Assembly (NCBI GenBank): GCA_964415335.1
Contig: CAYPZN010000006.1
Span: 11,657-75,656 of the forward strand
Length of the DNA stretch: 64,000 nt
Direction of reading: 5' to 3'
Origin: an uncultured Crocinitomix sp.
Lineage (GTDB): Bacteria; Bacteroidota; Bacteroidia; Flavobacteriales_D; Crocinitomicaceae
Shown here: one piece after another, positions 21,421-30,664 of the stretch
Position numbering within the stretch: position 1 is the stretch's first letter
Layout of the letters: each line of letters starts with the position of its first letter
Program-made: the position numbers and the translations under genes
The notes under the pieces: model-generated
Databases searched by the model: none
The model's input: the letters and a program-made list of their open reading frames with translations, nothing else
Told to the model about the DNA's origin: nothing

Positions 21421-22047
21421 CTAAATAAATTTGTTTTTCAAAGCAAACTTTACCAAACCAGCCACATTCTTAACTCCAGTTTTACTCAATAAATTTTTAC
21501 GGTGTGTTTCAACTGTGTGTTTACTCACAAAAAGTTTATCTGCAATTTCATTTGTACTATATTCTTCACAAATGAGTTCTAAGATCTCTTTTTCACGACG
21601 CGTTAAATGAATAGACGTTGAAATTTGTTCAGCATTAAAACTGTTCATGAAAATTTGCTGTGTCTCTTGGCCATAATACTTTTCACCAGCCAAAACGGAA
21701 TCTATTCCTTTTAATAATTCTTGTTTTGAAGTCGTTTTAAGCAAATAACCATCTGCACCTATTTCGAGTGTTTTTCGAATGTAATTTTGGGTATCATGCA
21801 TGGTTAACATGATGATTTTAATGCCTGGAAAATTAGATTTAATTTTTTCTGTTGCAGCAATACCATCTAGCTCAGGCATGGTAATGTCCATTAAAATAAC
21901 ATCTACTGCTTTTTCGTTTAACAACTGGAGGAGTTCGTTCCCATTGCTTACTTCGGCAACAATTTCATATTTTTCGTCATTGTTAAAAAAAGAGCGAATT
22001 CCTTCTCTAAACAACACATGATCATCTGCTATGGCTAATCGAATCAT
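21421..22047 (-). CDS. NarL/LuxR-family response regulator (REC + LuxR HTH)
   Basis: 208-aa ORF. IRLAIADDHVLFREG, DVILMDITMPELDG, IIMLTMH, GYLLKT, and C-terminal LTRREKEILELICEEYSTNEIADKLFVSKHTVETHRKNLLSKTG. It overlaps the upstream kinase gene by 4 nt. Confidence 0.9.
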   Translation of the reverse strand: MIRLAIADDHVLFREGIRSFFNNDEKYEIVAEVSNGNELLQLLNEKAVDVILMDITMPELDGIAATEKIKSNFPGIKIIMLTMHDTQNYIRKTLEIGADGYLLKTTSKQELLKGIDSVLAGEKYYGQETQQIFMNSFNAEQISTSIHLTRREKEILELICEEYSTNEIADKLFVSKHTVETHRKNLLSKTGVKNVAGLVKFALKNKFI

Positions 22048-23861
22048 AAAGGCAAGTTAATAATGATGATTACTCCACGACCAATGACCGTATCATAATC
22101 AATTGTACCATTCAATTTGTTTATTCGGTTTTGTAAACTCTGCATTCCTAACCCATTATTTTTGACTTTTTCTAATTCAAATCCAATTCCATTGTCTTCG
22201 TAAATAATATTAAGGAGTTTTTCTTGTTCATTCAGTTGTAAATCAATTTGTGTAGCATTGGCGTGTTTTAATGTATTACTTATTAATTCTTGGATCATAC
22301 TGTAAACTTCTTGTTCTTGACTTGCATCCAATTCGTACAATGCTTTCGACATGAAAAAATCCATTTGAATCTTTCCGCTTTGATTTAATGTTTGCGTTAA
22401 ATCGGTCAACGCCCCTCTCAATCCTAAATCAGCTAATTTACCCGAAACAAGGTCATGCGAAATCCGCCTAACATCTGTAGCTGCTTCGGTTAATGTGCTC
22501 TTTAATTTTTCAAATAATGTTCTGTTTTCCGTTTTTAAATCGTCAATTTTTTGATTAATTGCATTAAAATGAATTTGCGCAGCTGCCAATGTTCCTCCCA
22601 AACGATCATGTAAATCTTGCGCGATTCTTTGGCGTTCAACATCTTGTCCTTCGAGCATAGCTGCATAAGATTTTGCTTCTTGCTCTTTCAGTAAACGATC
22701 AACTTCTTGGTTTTTAACATCTAATTCTAGCCCTTTCAATTTTCCTTTTTGACGAAGGTTTCGCAACCAAATAAATACAAGTATTGCAATTAAAATAATC
22801 CCAATGACTAAACCATAAATTGTTTTGGTTTTATTTTCATTTTGCAGTCCTATTTTGGCATTTTTTGCTTCCTCAAGATCTAGCTGTTGTTCTTTTGCAT
22901 TAGTATCGAATTTAACTTCAGCAGCAGCAATAGCTGCAGCTTTCTCAGCAGAAAAAACTGAATCTTTATAGGCGATATAATTTTGATACATGGCAATTAC
23001 AGAATCAGATTGCCCTTTAACTGTATAATTTTCAGCTAACCCTAAATAAATATTATCAAGGTATCGATTGTTTCCTCCTACGGTTGCAGAGTTTAGTGCT
23101 TTTTTATAATAATGGATTGAGGAATCTGTATTTTCTAGGTATTGGAAAACTGTTGCTATTCCAATTAATGGGACAGTTGCTTTAGGGAACAAATTCATTT
23201 GAAAAAAAGTAGTATATGATTTTTTATAAAACTCAATTGCTTCATTATTATAATCTTGATAGTATAATACTTCGGCAAGATTAGCATAGCTATCTGCAAT
23301 ACCTATAGAGTCATTTAAATCTAAATAGTCTTCTTTTGCTTTACTATAGTAAAAGTAGGCGCTATCATAGTTTTCTAAATCAATATACCTTGATCCAATT
23401 GCATGATAAACAACAGAAGTATATCTGGGATTATTTGATTCTTCTTTTAGTTCTTTAGCTAAAAGAAGATATTCAAGCGCTTTCTCATCTTCGCCTATCG
23501 TATGAAGTATTTTGTTCAATGTTTCATAACTAGAAGCCAAATAATAGGGGTAATTTCCTCTTTTTCTTAGATCAATCGCTTCTTCAATATATTTTTGTGC
23601 CTTTTTTATGTTGGCTCGCTTTATTTCTGCATTCGCTGCTAAATTAAGGAAAGAGGACTGAAAGAAATTAGACCTTTTGTATTTGTCTGCTAAAATTAGC
23701 GAAACATCCAATACACTATCCGGATTTGATTTTAACCTCTTGTTTAATTCGGAAATTTTTTCTTCCAGAAAAAGCGAATCTTTATTAAAATTAACAGCCT
23801 TTGCATCAATAAAATTTAATGCAAAAGCTGTTATCAAGAATATCTTGGTAAATCTTCTCAA
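22044..23861 (-). CDS. TPR-sensor histidine kinase (HisKA_3 + HATPase)
   Basis: 605-aa ORF. Signal/TM, TPR-like repeats, and a TM segment (IYGLVIGIILIAILVFIWL). It then carries RQRIAQDLHDRLGGTLAAA (HisKA_3 H-box) and an ATPase block (EDNGIGF...GLGMQSLQNRI). Confidence 0.85.
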   Translation of the reverse strand: MRRFTKIFLITAFALNFIDAKAVNFNKDSLFLEEKISELNKRLKSNPDSVLDVSLILADKYKRSNFFQSSFLNLAANAEIKRANIKKAQKYIEEAIDLRKRGNYPYYLASSYETLNKILHTIGEDEKALEYLLLAKELKEESNNPRYTSVVYHAIGSRYIDLENYDSAYFYYSKAKEDYLDLNDSIGIADSYANLAEVLYYQDYNNEAIEFYKKSYTTFFQMNLFPKATVPLIGIATVFQYLENTDSSIHYYKKALNSATVGGNNRYLDNIYLGLAENYTVKGQSDSVIAMYQNYIAYKDSVFSAEKAAAIAAAEVKFDTNAKEQQLDLEEAKNAKIGLQNENKTKTIYGLVIGIILIAILVFIWLRNLRQKGKLKGLELDVKNQEVDRLLKEQEAKSYAAMLEGQDVERQRIAQDLHDRLGGTLAAAQIHFNAINQKIDDLKTENRTLFEKLKSTLTEAATDVRRISHDLVSGKLADLGLRGALTDLTQTLNQSGKIQMDFFMSKALYELDASQEQEVYSMIQELISNTLKHANATQIDLQLNEQEKLLNIIYEDNGIGFELEKVKNNGLGMQSLQNRINKLNGTIDYDTVIGRGVIIIINLPL

Positions 23862-23877
23862 GATTGGTTTTAATTAT

Positions 23878-24309
23878 TTATAATTCTGGTAACACAAATG
23901 GGTGATTTTCCGGGTCAGTTGAAACCACTTTCTTCTTATCTATATTTCCACTTGAGTCAATTCTCAAAAATCGCAAAAAATAAATCTCATGATTACTTGT
24001 GATACTATCAAATTGTGCATTTCCTTTGAATGAACTTCTATTTCCAGAAGAAGAGTCGTTTCCAAAAACAACTTCAATTTCCAGAACATTATTTATTACT
24101 TGAGGATTATATTTAAAAGCTTCTAGTTTTTCACCTTGAGCTGCATCAACATGATAATCAAAACCATATGGTGGGTTTGATGATTGATACTGGCTTGTAG
24201 GAAAGTTTACTGTATCGCTAATTAAATGAATATCCCAACCATTTGGTGAAACAGTCCCTGCTTGTCTTGTAGGATTTTGAACTGGGATAACTACGGTCTT
24301 TACTGACAT
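23878..24309 (-). CDS. Hypothetical cytoplasmic protein; first gene of the kinase/regulator operon
   Basis: 143-aa ORF with no signal peptide and no motif I recognise. Its stop is 16 nt upstream of the kinase start. Confidence 0.5.
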   Translation of the reverse strand: MSVKTVVIPVQNPTRQAGTVSPNGWDIHLISDTVNFPTSQYQSSNPPYGFDYHVDAAQGEKLEAFKYNPQVINNVLEIEVVFGNDSSSGNRSSFKGNAQFDSITSNHEIYFLRFLRIDSSGNIDKKKVVSTDPENHPFVLPEL

Positions 24310-24525
24310 AATAATTGTTTTTAATTAATAATATATTTGTTTGTTCTTGACAAAATTAGGTCATAGAAACCCTTTACAACTAGCTACAAATCGCCAAACT
24401 GATATCCCTGAAAACAATGATGGTTTGAATTTTTGAACTATATATAATACCAAATATGGATATTTAAATTATGAATTGCAAGTTTATAATTACCCTTTAC
24501 TTTACAACTATTATACTGAATACAT

Positions 24526-25194
24526 CTACAGTTCTACAAATTTGTTGCGGAATGCAAAGCGAGCTAAGCCAATTGAGTTTCGAGCACCTGTTTTTGTAAG
24601 TAAGTTTTTGCGGTGAGAAGCTACAGTATGTTTACTAATGAATAGTTTTTCTGCAATTTCTTCTGTATTGTATTCTTGGCAAAGCAATTCTAATGTTTCT
24701 AATTCTCTCCGGGTTAATTGCACTGCACTAATCATATTATCGGCATTAAAGCTATGCATAAATGTTTTTTGAACGGCTTCTTGATAAAATTGATTTCCGC
24801 TTGATACTGCTTCTATTCCATTTAGTAATTCTTCTTTTGATACAGTTTTTAATAAGTAACCATTAATTCCTGCTTCTAATGATTTTCGAATATCATCATG
24901 GGCCTGATGCATGGTCAAAATAATGATGGATAATTTCTCCAATTTCCATTTTTCTAACAGCAATACCAATTCTTCTGTATCCAACGCCAAGTTGTTTAAG
25001 TCAATTAATAAAACATCAATTTGTTTTTCTGACAATTGATCAAATAGTTCTTTTTGAGTAGCCGCCTTAAAAACAATGTCGTATTGTGCTTGCTTCTGAA
25101 AAAATGCACAAATGCCTTCGTTATGAAGCCAATGATTGTCTGCAATTGCCAATTTAATTACATCTTCATTTTGATTCTCTTCTTCTATAACCAT
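24526..25194 (-). CDS. Orphan NarL/LuxR-family response regulator, paralog of 21421-22047
   Basis: 222-aa ORF. IKLAIADNHWLHNEG (DD becomes DN), DVLLIDLNN (acceptor Asp retained), IIILTMH, GYLLKT, and HTH LTRRELETLELLCQEYNTEEIAEKLFISKHTVASHRKNLLTKTG. No adjacent kinase gene. Confidence 0.85.
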   Translation of the reverse strand: MVIEEENQNEDVIKLAIADNHWLHNEGICAFFQKQAQYDIVFKAATQKELFDQLSEKQIDVLLIDLNNLALDTEELVLLLEKWKLEKLSIIILTMHQAHDDIRKSLEAGINGYLLKTVSKEELLNGIEAVSSGNQFYQEAVQKTFMHSFNADNMISAVQLTRRELETLELLCQEYNTEEIAEKLFISKHTVASHRKNLLTKTGARNSIGLARFAFRNKFVEL

Positions 25195-25428
25195 TTAATT
25201 TCTAGAATTATAACTTTCATTTGATAACATTGGATTAATTGAGCGTTGAATGTAAGTTGTCTCAAATACGAATTTAATTGAAGCGAATTCGTTAAAAATC
25301 ACTTGTATTAATGAAGTTTTACATCCCTTTTAATGAGGATACGATTTTGGTTGTTTTGAGTTAAATACGACTTGTTTCTTTTAGAGACATTTGCCTTAAC
25401 AAATTATTAATTGCTTAAAACCTACTAA

Positions 25429-25851
25429 ATGAAAATCCTATTTCTTTTCTTATCACTTTTTATAACCTCGTTCCAGCATAGTTTTTCTCAAAACAGAGAC
25501 TTTGATGGCTTATGGGAAGGGAAACTAAATAAAGATGATGGCACTACACTAGACATTCAATTATTTATTGATGACAATAACGTGTATGCTACTTATGTAG
25601 ATGAAGATGGTGATTTAGCGAAAGATTTATCTAAAGAAGTCGTTTGGAGCAAAGGTTATGGTGAACATTTAAACTTTGTATGGACGGATGCAGGAGGCGC
25701 TTGGACAGAAACACAAGTGTTTTCATTGGTTTGGATCTCATCCAGCAAATTGTCAGTCCATTTTTTACGACATGTCAGCAATGAATCTGACGATTATGAC
25801 GGTAATACTGATTGGGGATACACCGCAACAGGTTTTTTATATACCGATTAA
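25429..25851 (+). CDS. Hypothetical exported protein
   Basis: 140-aa ORF. Signal peptide MKILFLFLSLFITSFQHSFSQ. The mature part is small and beta-rich. Confidence 0.55.
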   Translation: MKILFLFLSLFITSFQHSFSQNRDFDGLWEGKLNKDDGTTLDIQLFIDDNNVYATYVDEDGDLAKDLSKEVVWSKGYGEHLNFVWTDAGGAWTETQVFSLVWISSSKLSVHFLRHVSNESDDYDGNTDWGYTATGFLYTD

Positions 25852-25882
25852 TAAAGTAATACGATTCAACAAAAATATTATC

Positions 25883-26710
25883 ATGCATAAAGGAAAACTA
25901 CTTGTATTCGTCATTTTAACGACCTTAACTTTCTTAACAGGGTGTCGTAAATCACGCTTTCAAAAATTTGAGAATATTATTGAAATTTTGATCCCAGAAG
26001 ATTGTAATTATTGCGCCGTTTATATTGGAAAAAACAGGGATGGAAATAAAGATATTTTAGTCGAAGAATTTGAAGCTTATTTCAGTAATTATAGTGTTTT
26101 TGACTATAATATTACTGCTTCTGGGAATCGTGAATTAAAAATTGATTGGAGCGAGCGCCCTTATTTTGATCCAACAGATAAACTTCGTTTTTTATTGGTT
26201 GATGAAGGAGGAATTCCTGGGGTGGACGGGTATTCTTCTGGTGGTCGAAAAATGATTATGCAAAATGTTAAGAAATTGAAGCCGAGGGGCTGGTACACCT
26301 GGCATATGGGGTTTTTCCCTGGAGAAGGTACGCAGTTTAATGAATTTGATAAAAAGGTTCCTAAACCTGAAGGTAACACAACATTTGGCGGGGGTGAACC
26401 TTCTAATCCATTAAGTGGTAAATGGAGCCAGATAGGTGGTTGTAATAATACTGCAGGAGAACGGAACTATTTTAATTTTTCTTCTTCCAATTCTGGTGAA
26501 ATTGGCCAAATCGATTGTGCTGACGCCTGTATTGGCGGAGGAGTTTATACTCAATTTGATTATTCCATTTCAGGAAATGATGTTACGATAACACCAAAAA
26601 GTGTGTCAGAGTATTGTGGTGTAGCACCAACTTTAGCATCTCCGTTTACTGTTCCTTTTTCAATTTCTGGAAATGTATTAACGTTAGATGGTCAAGATTT
26701 TGAAAAATAA
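25883..26710 (+). CDS. Hypothetical lipoprotein
   Basis: The track ORF 25676-26710 overlaps the previous gene. The internal ATG at 25883 gives MHKGKLLVFVILTTLTFLTGCRKS, a signal peptide with lipobox LTGC. That yields 275 aa. Confidence 0.6.
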   Translation: MHKGKLLVFVILTTLTFLTGCRKSRFQKFENIIEILIPEDCNYCAVYIGKNRDGNKDILVEEFEAYFSNYSVFDYNITASGNRELKIDWSERPYFDPTDKLRFLLVDEGGIPGVDGYSSGGRKMIMQNVKKLKPRGWYTWHMGFFPGEGTQFNEFDKKVPKPEGNTTFGGGEPSNPLSGKWSQIGGCNNTAGERNYFNFSSSNSGEIGQIDCADACIGGGVYTQFDYSISGNDVTITPKSVSEYCGVAPTLASPFTVPFSISGNVLTLDGQDFEK

Positions 26711-26754
26711 TATTGCACGCTACTAAATTATTTTCTAAAACATTCAACCAAAAC

Positions 26755-27039
26755 ATGAGCAAACTAATTAAAATTATTTGGATCGCATCCATTATTATAA
26801 CCTGTACGAGTTGTGCAACAATTTTTTGTGGAAAAGTGACTCCATATCAAAAAACAAAACCTGCACCTGGCGAACCTAGAAGAAAAATTAGGCCTGTAGC
26901 ATTAATTGCAGATATTGTAATCTTTTGGCCTGGCGCAATCATTGATTTTGCAACTGGTGCGATTTACAAACCATTAAAAAGTGGAGAAGAGACTCCTGAC
27001 CAATCAATAGACCCAAACGCAGATGAACGAATGTTCTGA
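26755..27039 (+). CDS. Hypothetical small lipoprotein/membrane protein
   Basis: The ATG at 26755 gives MSKLIKIIWIASIIITCTSCATIFCG, which looks like a signal/lipoprotein sequence. A second hydrophobic stretch follows (VALIADIVIFWPGAIIDFATGAIY). The track ORF begins at a TTG 14 codons upstream. Confidence 0.5.
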   Translation: MSKLIKIIWIASIIITCTSCATIFCGKVTPYQKTKPAPGEPRRKIRPVALIADIVIFWPGAIIDFATGAIYKPLKSGEETPDQSIDPNADERMF

Positions 27040-27069
27040 TTGAATAAACTTCTAAAACATAAATATCAA

Positions 27070-28035
27070 ATGAAAAAGATTTATACTATTCCTTTAATTG
27101 CATTATGTATTTCTTCTTGTGCATTAATTGATTCATTAGCGGAACCGCAAGCGATTAAATTATCAGCTCCTCAAGTTACCTCTAGTGCAAAAGAATTGGT
27201 TCGGATTACAAGTGATGTCGTTGCAGAATTTCAACCCAACTTATCTCCAGATGGAACAAAATTACTTTATGCCATTCGGGATGATAGTAAAAGAGGTGCA
27301 AAACGTTTTAGTTTAAGGCTCAAAAATGAGATCATGACTCCTGGTTTCACTCCGCTAATCGGCGACGGTACAGATGGAGCATCTTGGATGAATGATAAAG
27401 GTGATTTTATTTTTACTTACTGGGCGTCAAAACCAGTAATTGTTACTAGTAATGTAAAGCGACTTGGGATTACTTATGTTGGTCAAAATGCTTTTGGAGA
27501 TAGTGATAACTACCCTAAGTTATCTCCTAAAAAAGACAAAATCTTGTTGACAACTGCATTACAAGGAACTGATAATATCTGTTTAGTCAATAAAGATGGA
27601 AGTAGTTTTACTGTCCTCTCAAATGGAACCTCTCCAAGTTGGAGTCCTGATGGAAGTAACATCATTTATTCTAAAAAATCGGGTGATTATTCTCAACTAT
27701 TTGTTTTGGACTTAGAATCATACCAAAGTACTCAAATCACTACAGGAGAATATAATTCAACCCATGGGTCTTACTCTCCAGATGGAAAATACATTTGTTT
27801 TATCTCTTCTAAAGATAACGAATACAACCATTTATTCATTATGGACACCAAAACACGAGGCGTTTCACAATTGACAAGTGGTAATTCAAGCGAAACACAA
27901 CCTTTTTGGGGTGTTGACGGATACATTTACTTTAGTTCTAATGCTGGAGCGAGAACGCCAGAAAACGCTGTAATCAGCCCAAAAAGTTTACTTTATTCTG
28001 ACATTTGGAGGGTTAAACCTTTGTTGAGCAATTAA
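27070..28035 (+). CDS. TolB-like (PD40/WD40-like beta-propeller repeat) lipoprotein
   Basis: The ATG at 27070 gives MKKIYTIPLIALCISSCAL (lipobox ISSC). PD40-type repeats recur: LSPDGTKLLYA, LSPKKDKILLT, SWSPDGSNIIYS, SYSPDGKYICFIS. Confidence 0.7.
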   Translation: MKKIYTIPLIALCISSCALIDSLAEPQAIKLSAPQVTSSAKELVRITSDVVAEFQPNLSPDGTKLLYAIRDDSKRGAKRFSLRLKNEIMTPGFTPLIGDGTDGASWMNDKGDFIFTYWASKPVIVTSNVKRLGITYVGQNAFGDSDNYPKLSPKKDKILLTTALQGTDNICLVNKDGSSFTVLSNGTSPSWSPDGSNIIYSKKSGDYSQLFVLDLESYQSTQITTGEYNSTHGSYSPDGKYICFISSKDNEYNHLFIMDTKTRGVSQLTSGNSSETQPFWGVDGYIYFSSNAGARTPENAVISPKSLLYSDIWRVKPLLSN

Positions 28036-28151
28036 AAATTATTGTTTACTCCCTGAAAACCAGTAGAAAAAAATTCACTTGATCAAGTGAAGTTTTTTTT
28101 GTGCCATACTTTAATCTTTGTTTCAAACTTTTTAAATCAAAACTTATAATT

Positions 28152-29081
28152 ATGAGAAAAATTTTTCCTCTACTGCTATTTACATTGATTTGCTTTAATT
28201 TAACTGGGCAAAGCTTAAATAATGAATATCGTTCGCATCACGTGTTTAAAAAAAAATATCCATTGTTTACAAAAAACCAATTGATATACTACGAACTTGT
28301 TAAATCAAAGCGGATAAAAGAAATAAAAACTGAAACATTATACACCACTACAGATACAAATGGTGATTCATCTATCTCATTTAAAACGGATACTATTTGG
28401 CAACAAGACACCATTTTTTTTGAACTAGAAGAAAATATCGTTGGTAAAGTAATTAAGCAAAAAGGAAATCAACTTAATCTAAAATTTATTGGACCTAAGT
28501 ACTATAATTCCAGCGGAATCAGAGGTATTAAAGAAGACCAAAGTGAGCTAGAAATTGATACTTCAAAAATATATTACGCAAAACATAAATTAAGCAAAAG
28601 TCAAGAAACAAAGTCAAATGTCAGACTTCGAATTCCGATTAGATCTTTTCGAATTTCAACACTTGCTATCCCTATTAAGTATCGTGGTAGCCAAGATAGC
28701 ATTCCTGAAACAATTTCTACAAATATTTTCAACGGCGCTATTTCATTTTCATTTTCATATGGTAAAGAGTCTTATTTCATTAATAATGATAGAGAAAGAT
28801 CTCGTCAGCATTTTTTTGATACTGGTTTATTTTTTGGTTTCACACAAATCACACTTAATAAGTCTAATACTGATAATTCAAACGCAGATATTAGATTTGG
28901 AAATCAAGGCGCATTTAGCTTAGGAGTTTCTCATCATATTTCATTGAATAATGTGAATTTCACATTTGCAGCTGGTATTGATCATGGGATCACCTACGAA
29001 AGTCAGTTTTGGGTTTATCAAAATCGGCCCTGGATAGGAATTGGACTAGGTGTCGATATAACACGTCTTTTCTCTAATTAA
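28152..29081 (+). CDS. Hypothetical exported protein, possibly an outer-membrane beta-barrel
   Basis: The ATG at 28152 gives MRKIFPLLLFTLICFNLTGQS (signal peptide). The C-terminal half has alternating beta-strand-like segments (GAFSLGVSHHISL, FTFAAGIDHGITY, WIGIGLGVDITRLF). Confidence 0.55.
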   Translation: MRKIFPLLLFTLICFNLTGQSLNNEYRSHHVFKKKYPLFTKNQLIYYELVKSKRIKEIKTETLYTTTDTNGDSSISFKTDTIWQQDTIFFELEENIVGKVIKQKGNQLNLKFIGPKYYNSSGIRGIKEDQSELEIDTSKIYYAKHKLSKSQETKSNVRLRIPIRSFRISTLAIPIKYRGSQDSIPETISTNIFNGAISFSFSYGKESYFINNDRERSRQHFFDTGLFFGFTQITLNKSNTDNSNADIRFGNQGAFSLGVSHHISLNNVNFTFAAGIDHGITYESQFWVYQNRPWIGIGLGVDITRLFSN

Positions 29082-29419
29082 TCCAATCCAAGTTCAACTG
29101 CAGGGTCCCAAAAGGCTTCTTTAAAGTTGACAATTTTATCTTCTTTTATTACATGACCTTCTGCGGCAAGTCTTTCCTCCATTTCTGTTGGGGTTGGAAA
29201 ATGCATTTTTCCAGAAAGCATTCCTAGGCGATTTACTACACGGTGCGCGGGGATGTTTTCTGGGCTTTTAAAAGATGAATTAAGCGCCCAACCTACTGAA
29301 CGACTTGCTCTTTTTGCTCCTAAATAATTTGCTATTGCTCCGTATGAAGTTACTCGACCTTCAGGGATTAATTCGACGACTTGAAAGACATCACGGAAGA
29401 AATCTTTTTTTTGATCCAA
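29078..29419 (-). CDS. MGMT-family DNA-binding protein lacking the acceptor cysteine (alkyltransferase-like, ATL-type)
   Basis: 113-aa ORF. VVELIPEGRVTSYGAIANYLG.......VGWAL....IPAHRVVNRLG. The canonical PCHRV active site reads PAHRV here. Confidence 0.8.
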   Translation of the reverse strand: MDQKKDFFRDVFQVVELIPEGRVTSYGAIANYLGAKRASRSVGWALNSSFKSPENIPAHRVVNRLGMLSGKMHFPTPTEMEERLAAEGHVIKEDKIVNFKEAFWDPAVELGLD

Positions 29420-29910
29420 TTGAAAATTGTTAATGGGTTAAAACGACTATTTTTTTTCTTTTCAAGGAGGTAATCATTTAAGAGATAAAATGTATTTGGA
29501 CCTATTGCTGCATACAACAATGGCTCTCCTTTTAATTTACTTAAACCATTTGGCATTAATGTATAAAATCCATTAAACTGAAGGTTTAATCTTCGTTGCT
29601 CATTCTTAATTTCAAGAATTGTTTTAATCGAATAGTTGTCTTGGTACTTTGACGAATCAACCAAGCGATACCCGGCAAAAAGAAAGCCCTTTTCAATTTG
29701 TTTTCTTGAAAAAATTCGATCAATATTTAAACGATCATGATTAACTTTTGTTATTCCTTTTCCGTTAGGGCTGTATATTTCGAGCAGGATTTGCTCTTCG
29801 ATCAATTGGTCGTTGAAAAAAAGATTTTTTACCTCTCCTACTACCTCATCCGCACAAGAAAAGCGAATAGAAGACAACTTTCCTTCACTATTAAATCGTT
29901 TTAATTTCAC
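29368..29910 (-). CDS. Hypothetical protein
   Basis: 180-aa ORF with a GTG start and no recognised motif. Its 3' end overlaps the downstream ATL gene by 52 nt, so the boundaries are uncertain. Confidence 0.4.
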   Translation of the reverse strand: MKLKRFNSEGKLSSIRFSCADEVVGEVKNLFFNDQLIEEQILLEIYSPNGKGITKVNHDRLNIDRIFSRKQIEKGFLFAGYRLVDSSKYQDNYSIKTILEIKNEQRRLNLQFNGFYTLMPNGLSKLKGEPLLYAAIGPNTFYLLNDYLLEKKKNSRFNPLTIFNWIKKKISSVMSFKSSN

Positions 29911-29982
29911 AATTTCTATTTACAATAAATGACGTGTTTTGAATGAACAGCGTTGCCTAAATTTACGAAAAAAAAGCGTGTT

Positions 29983-30663
29983 TTAGCTAATTTTAAATTT
30001 GCAATATTTAATACAAAAGCCCTTCGCAGAAAAAATTTCTTCATAATGCGTTCGAATAGAGAGAATTTCGCGTGTATCTTGGTCTAAATCTTCTGGCATT
30101 TCTTTGTATAAATCCCATGATTTTTCGATCAATGCATAATTGTGTTCTGCAATTTCATCAAGGGTAGATTCGAACAGGATATCACTGTCTGTTTTGAGAT
30201 GAATAATTCCTCCTGGTTTAAGAAATTTTCTATACTTATCAATAAAGATTTTTGAGCTCAATCGTTTATTCGGTTTATTCGGTTGAGGGTCTGAAAAAGT
30301 GAGCCAAATTTCGTCCACTTCATTTTCCGCAAAAAAAGTATCTACAAAATCAATCCGAGATCGAACAAAACCAATATTCTTCAAACTACCTTCTCTAACT
30401 TGATTTGCACCTTCCCAAATTCGGGCGCCTTTAATGTCAATTCCGATATAATTGTTTTTGACGTATTTTTTACCCAAACCAACTGCATATTCCCCTTTTC
30501 CGCAACCTAATTCAACAATAATTGGGTTATCATTTTTAAAGTAATCTGTTTTCCACTTTCCTTTTAATGGAAATTTATCATTAACGACAGTCTCTAGATC
30601 TGGTTGAAAAACACAATTCATTGTCTCCATATCCGCAAACCGTTTTAACTTATTTTTGGCCAT
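29983..30663 (-). CDS. trmB: tRNA (guanine-N7)-methyltransferase
   Basis: MAKNKLKRFADMETM... starts at the ATG at 30661-30663, which is M12 of the track ORF. SAM-binding block IVELGCGKGEY, plus IGIDIKGARI and EIWLTFSDPQPNKP. Confidence 0.88.
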   Translation of the reverse strand: MAKNKLKRFADMETMNCVFQPDLETVVNDKFPLKGKWKTDYFKNDNPIIVELGCGKGEYAVGLGKKYVKNNYIGIDIKGARIWEGANQVREGSLKNIGFVRSRIDFVDTFFAENEVDEIWLTFSDPQPNKPNKRLSSKIFIDKYRKFLKPGGIIHLKTDSDILFESTLDEIAEHNYALIEKSWDLYKEMPEDLDQDTREILSIRTHYEEIFSAKGFCIKYCKFKIS

Positions 30664-30664
30664 G

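Noticed and set aside
25676-25882. The N-terminal 69 codons of track ORF 25676-26710 overlap the 25429-25851 gene in another frame.
   Set aside because: The internal ATG at 25883 yields a textbook lipoprotein signal (…LTFLTGC). The upstream extension has no such logic, so I treat it as read-through of an open frame.
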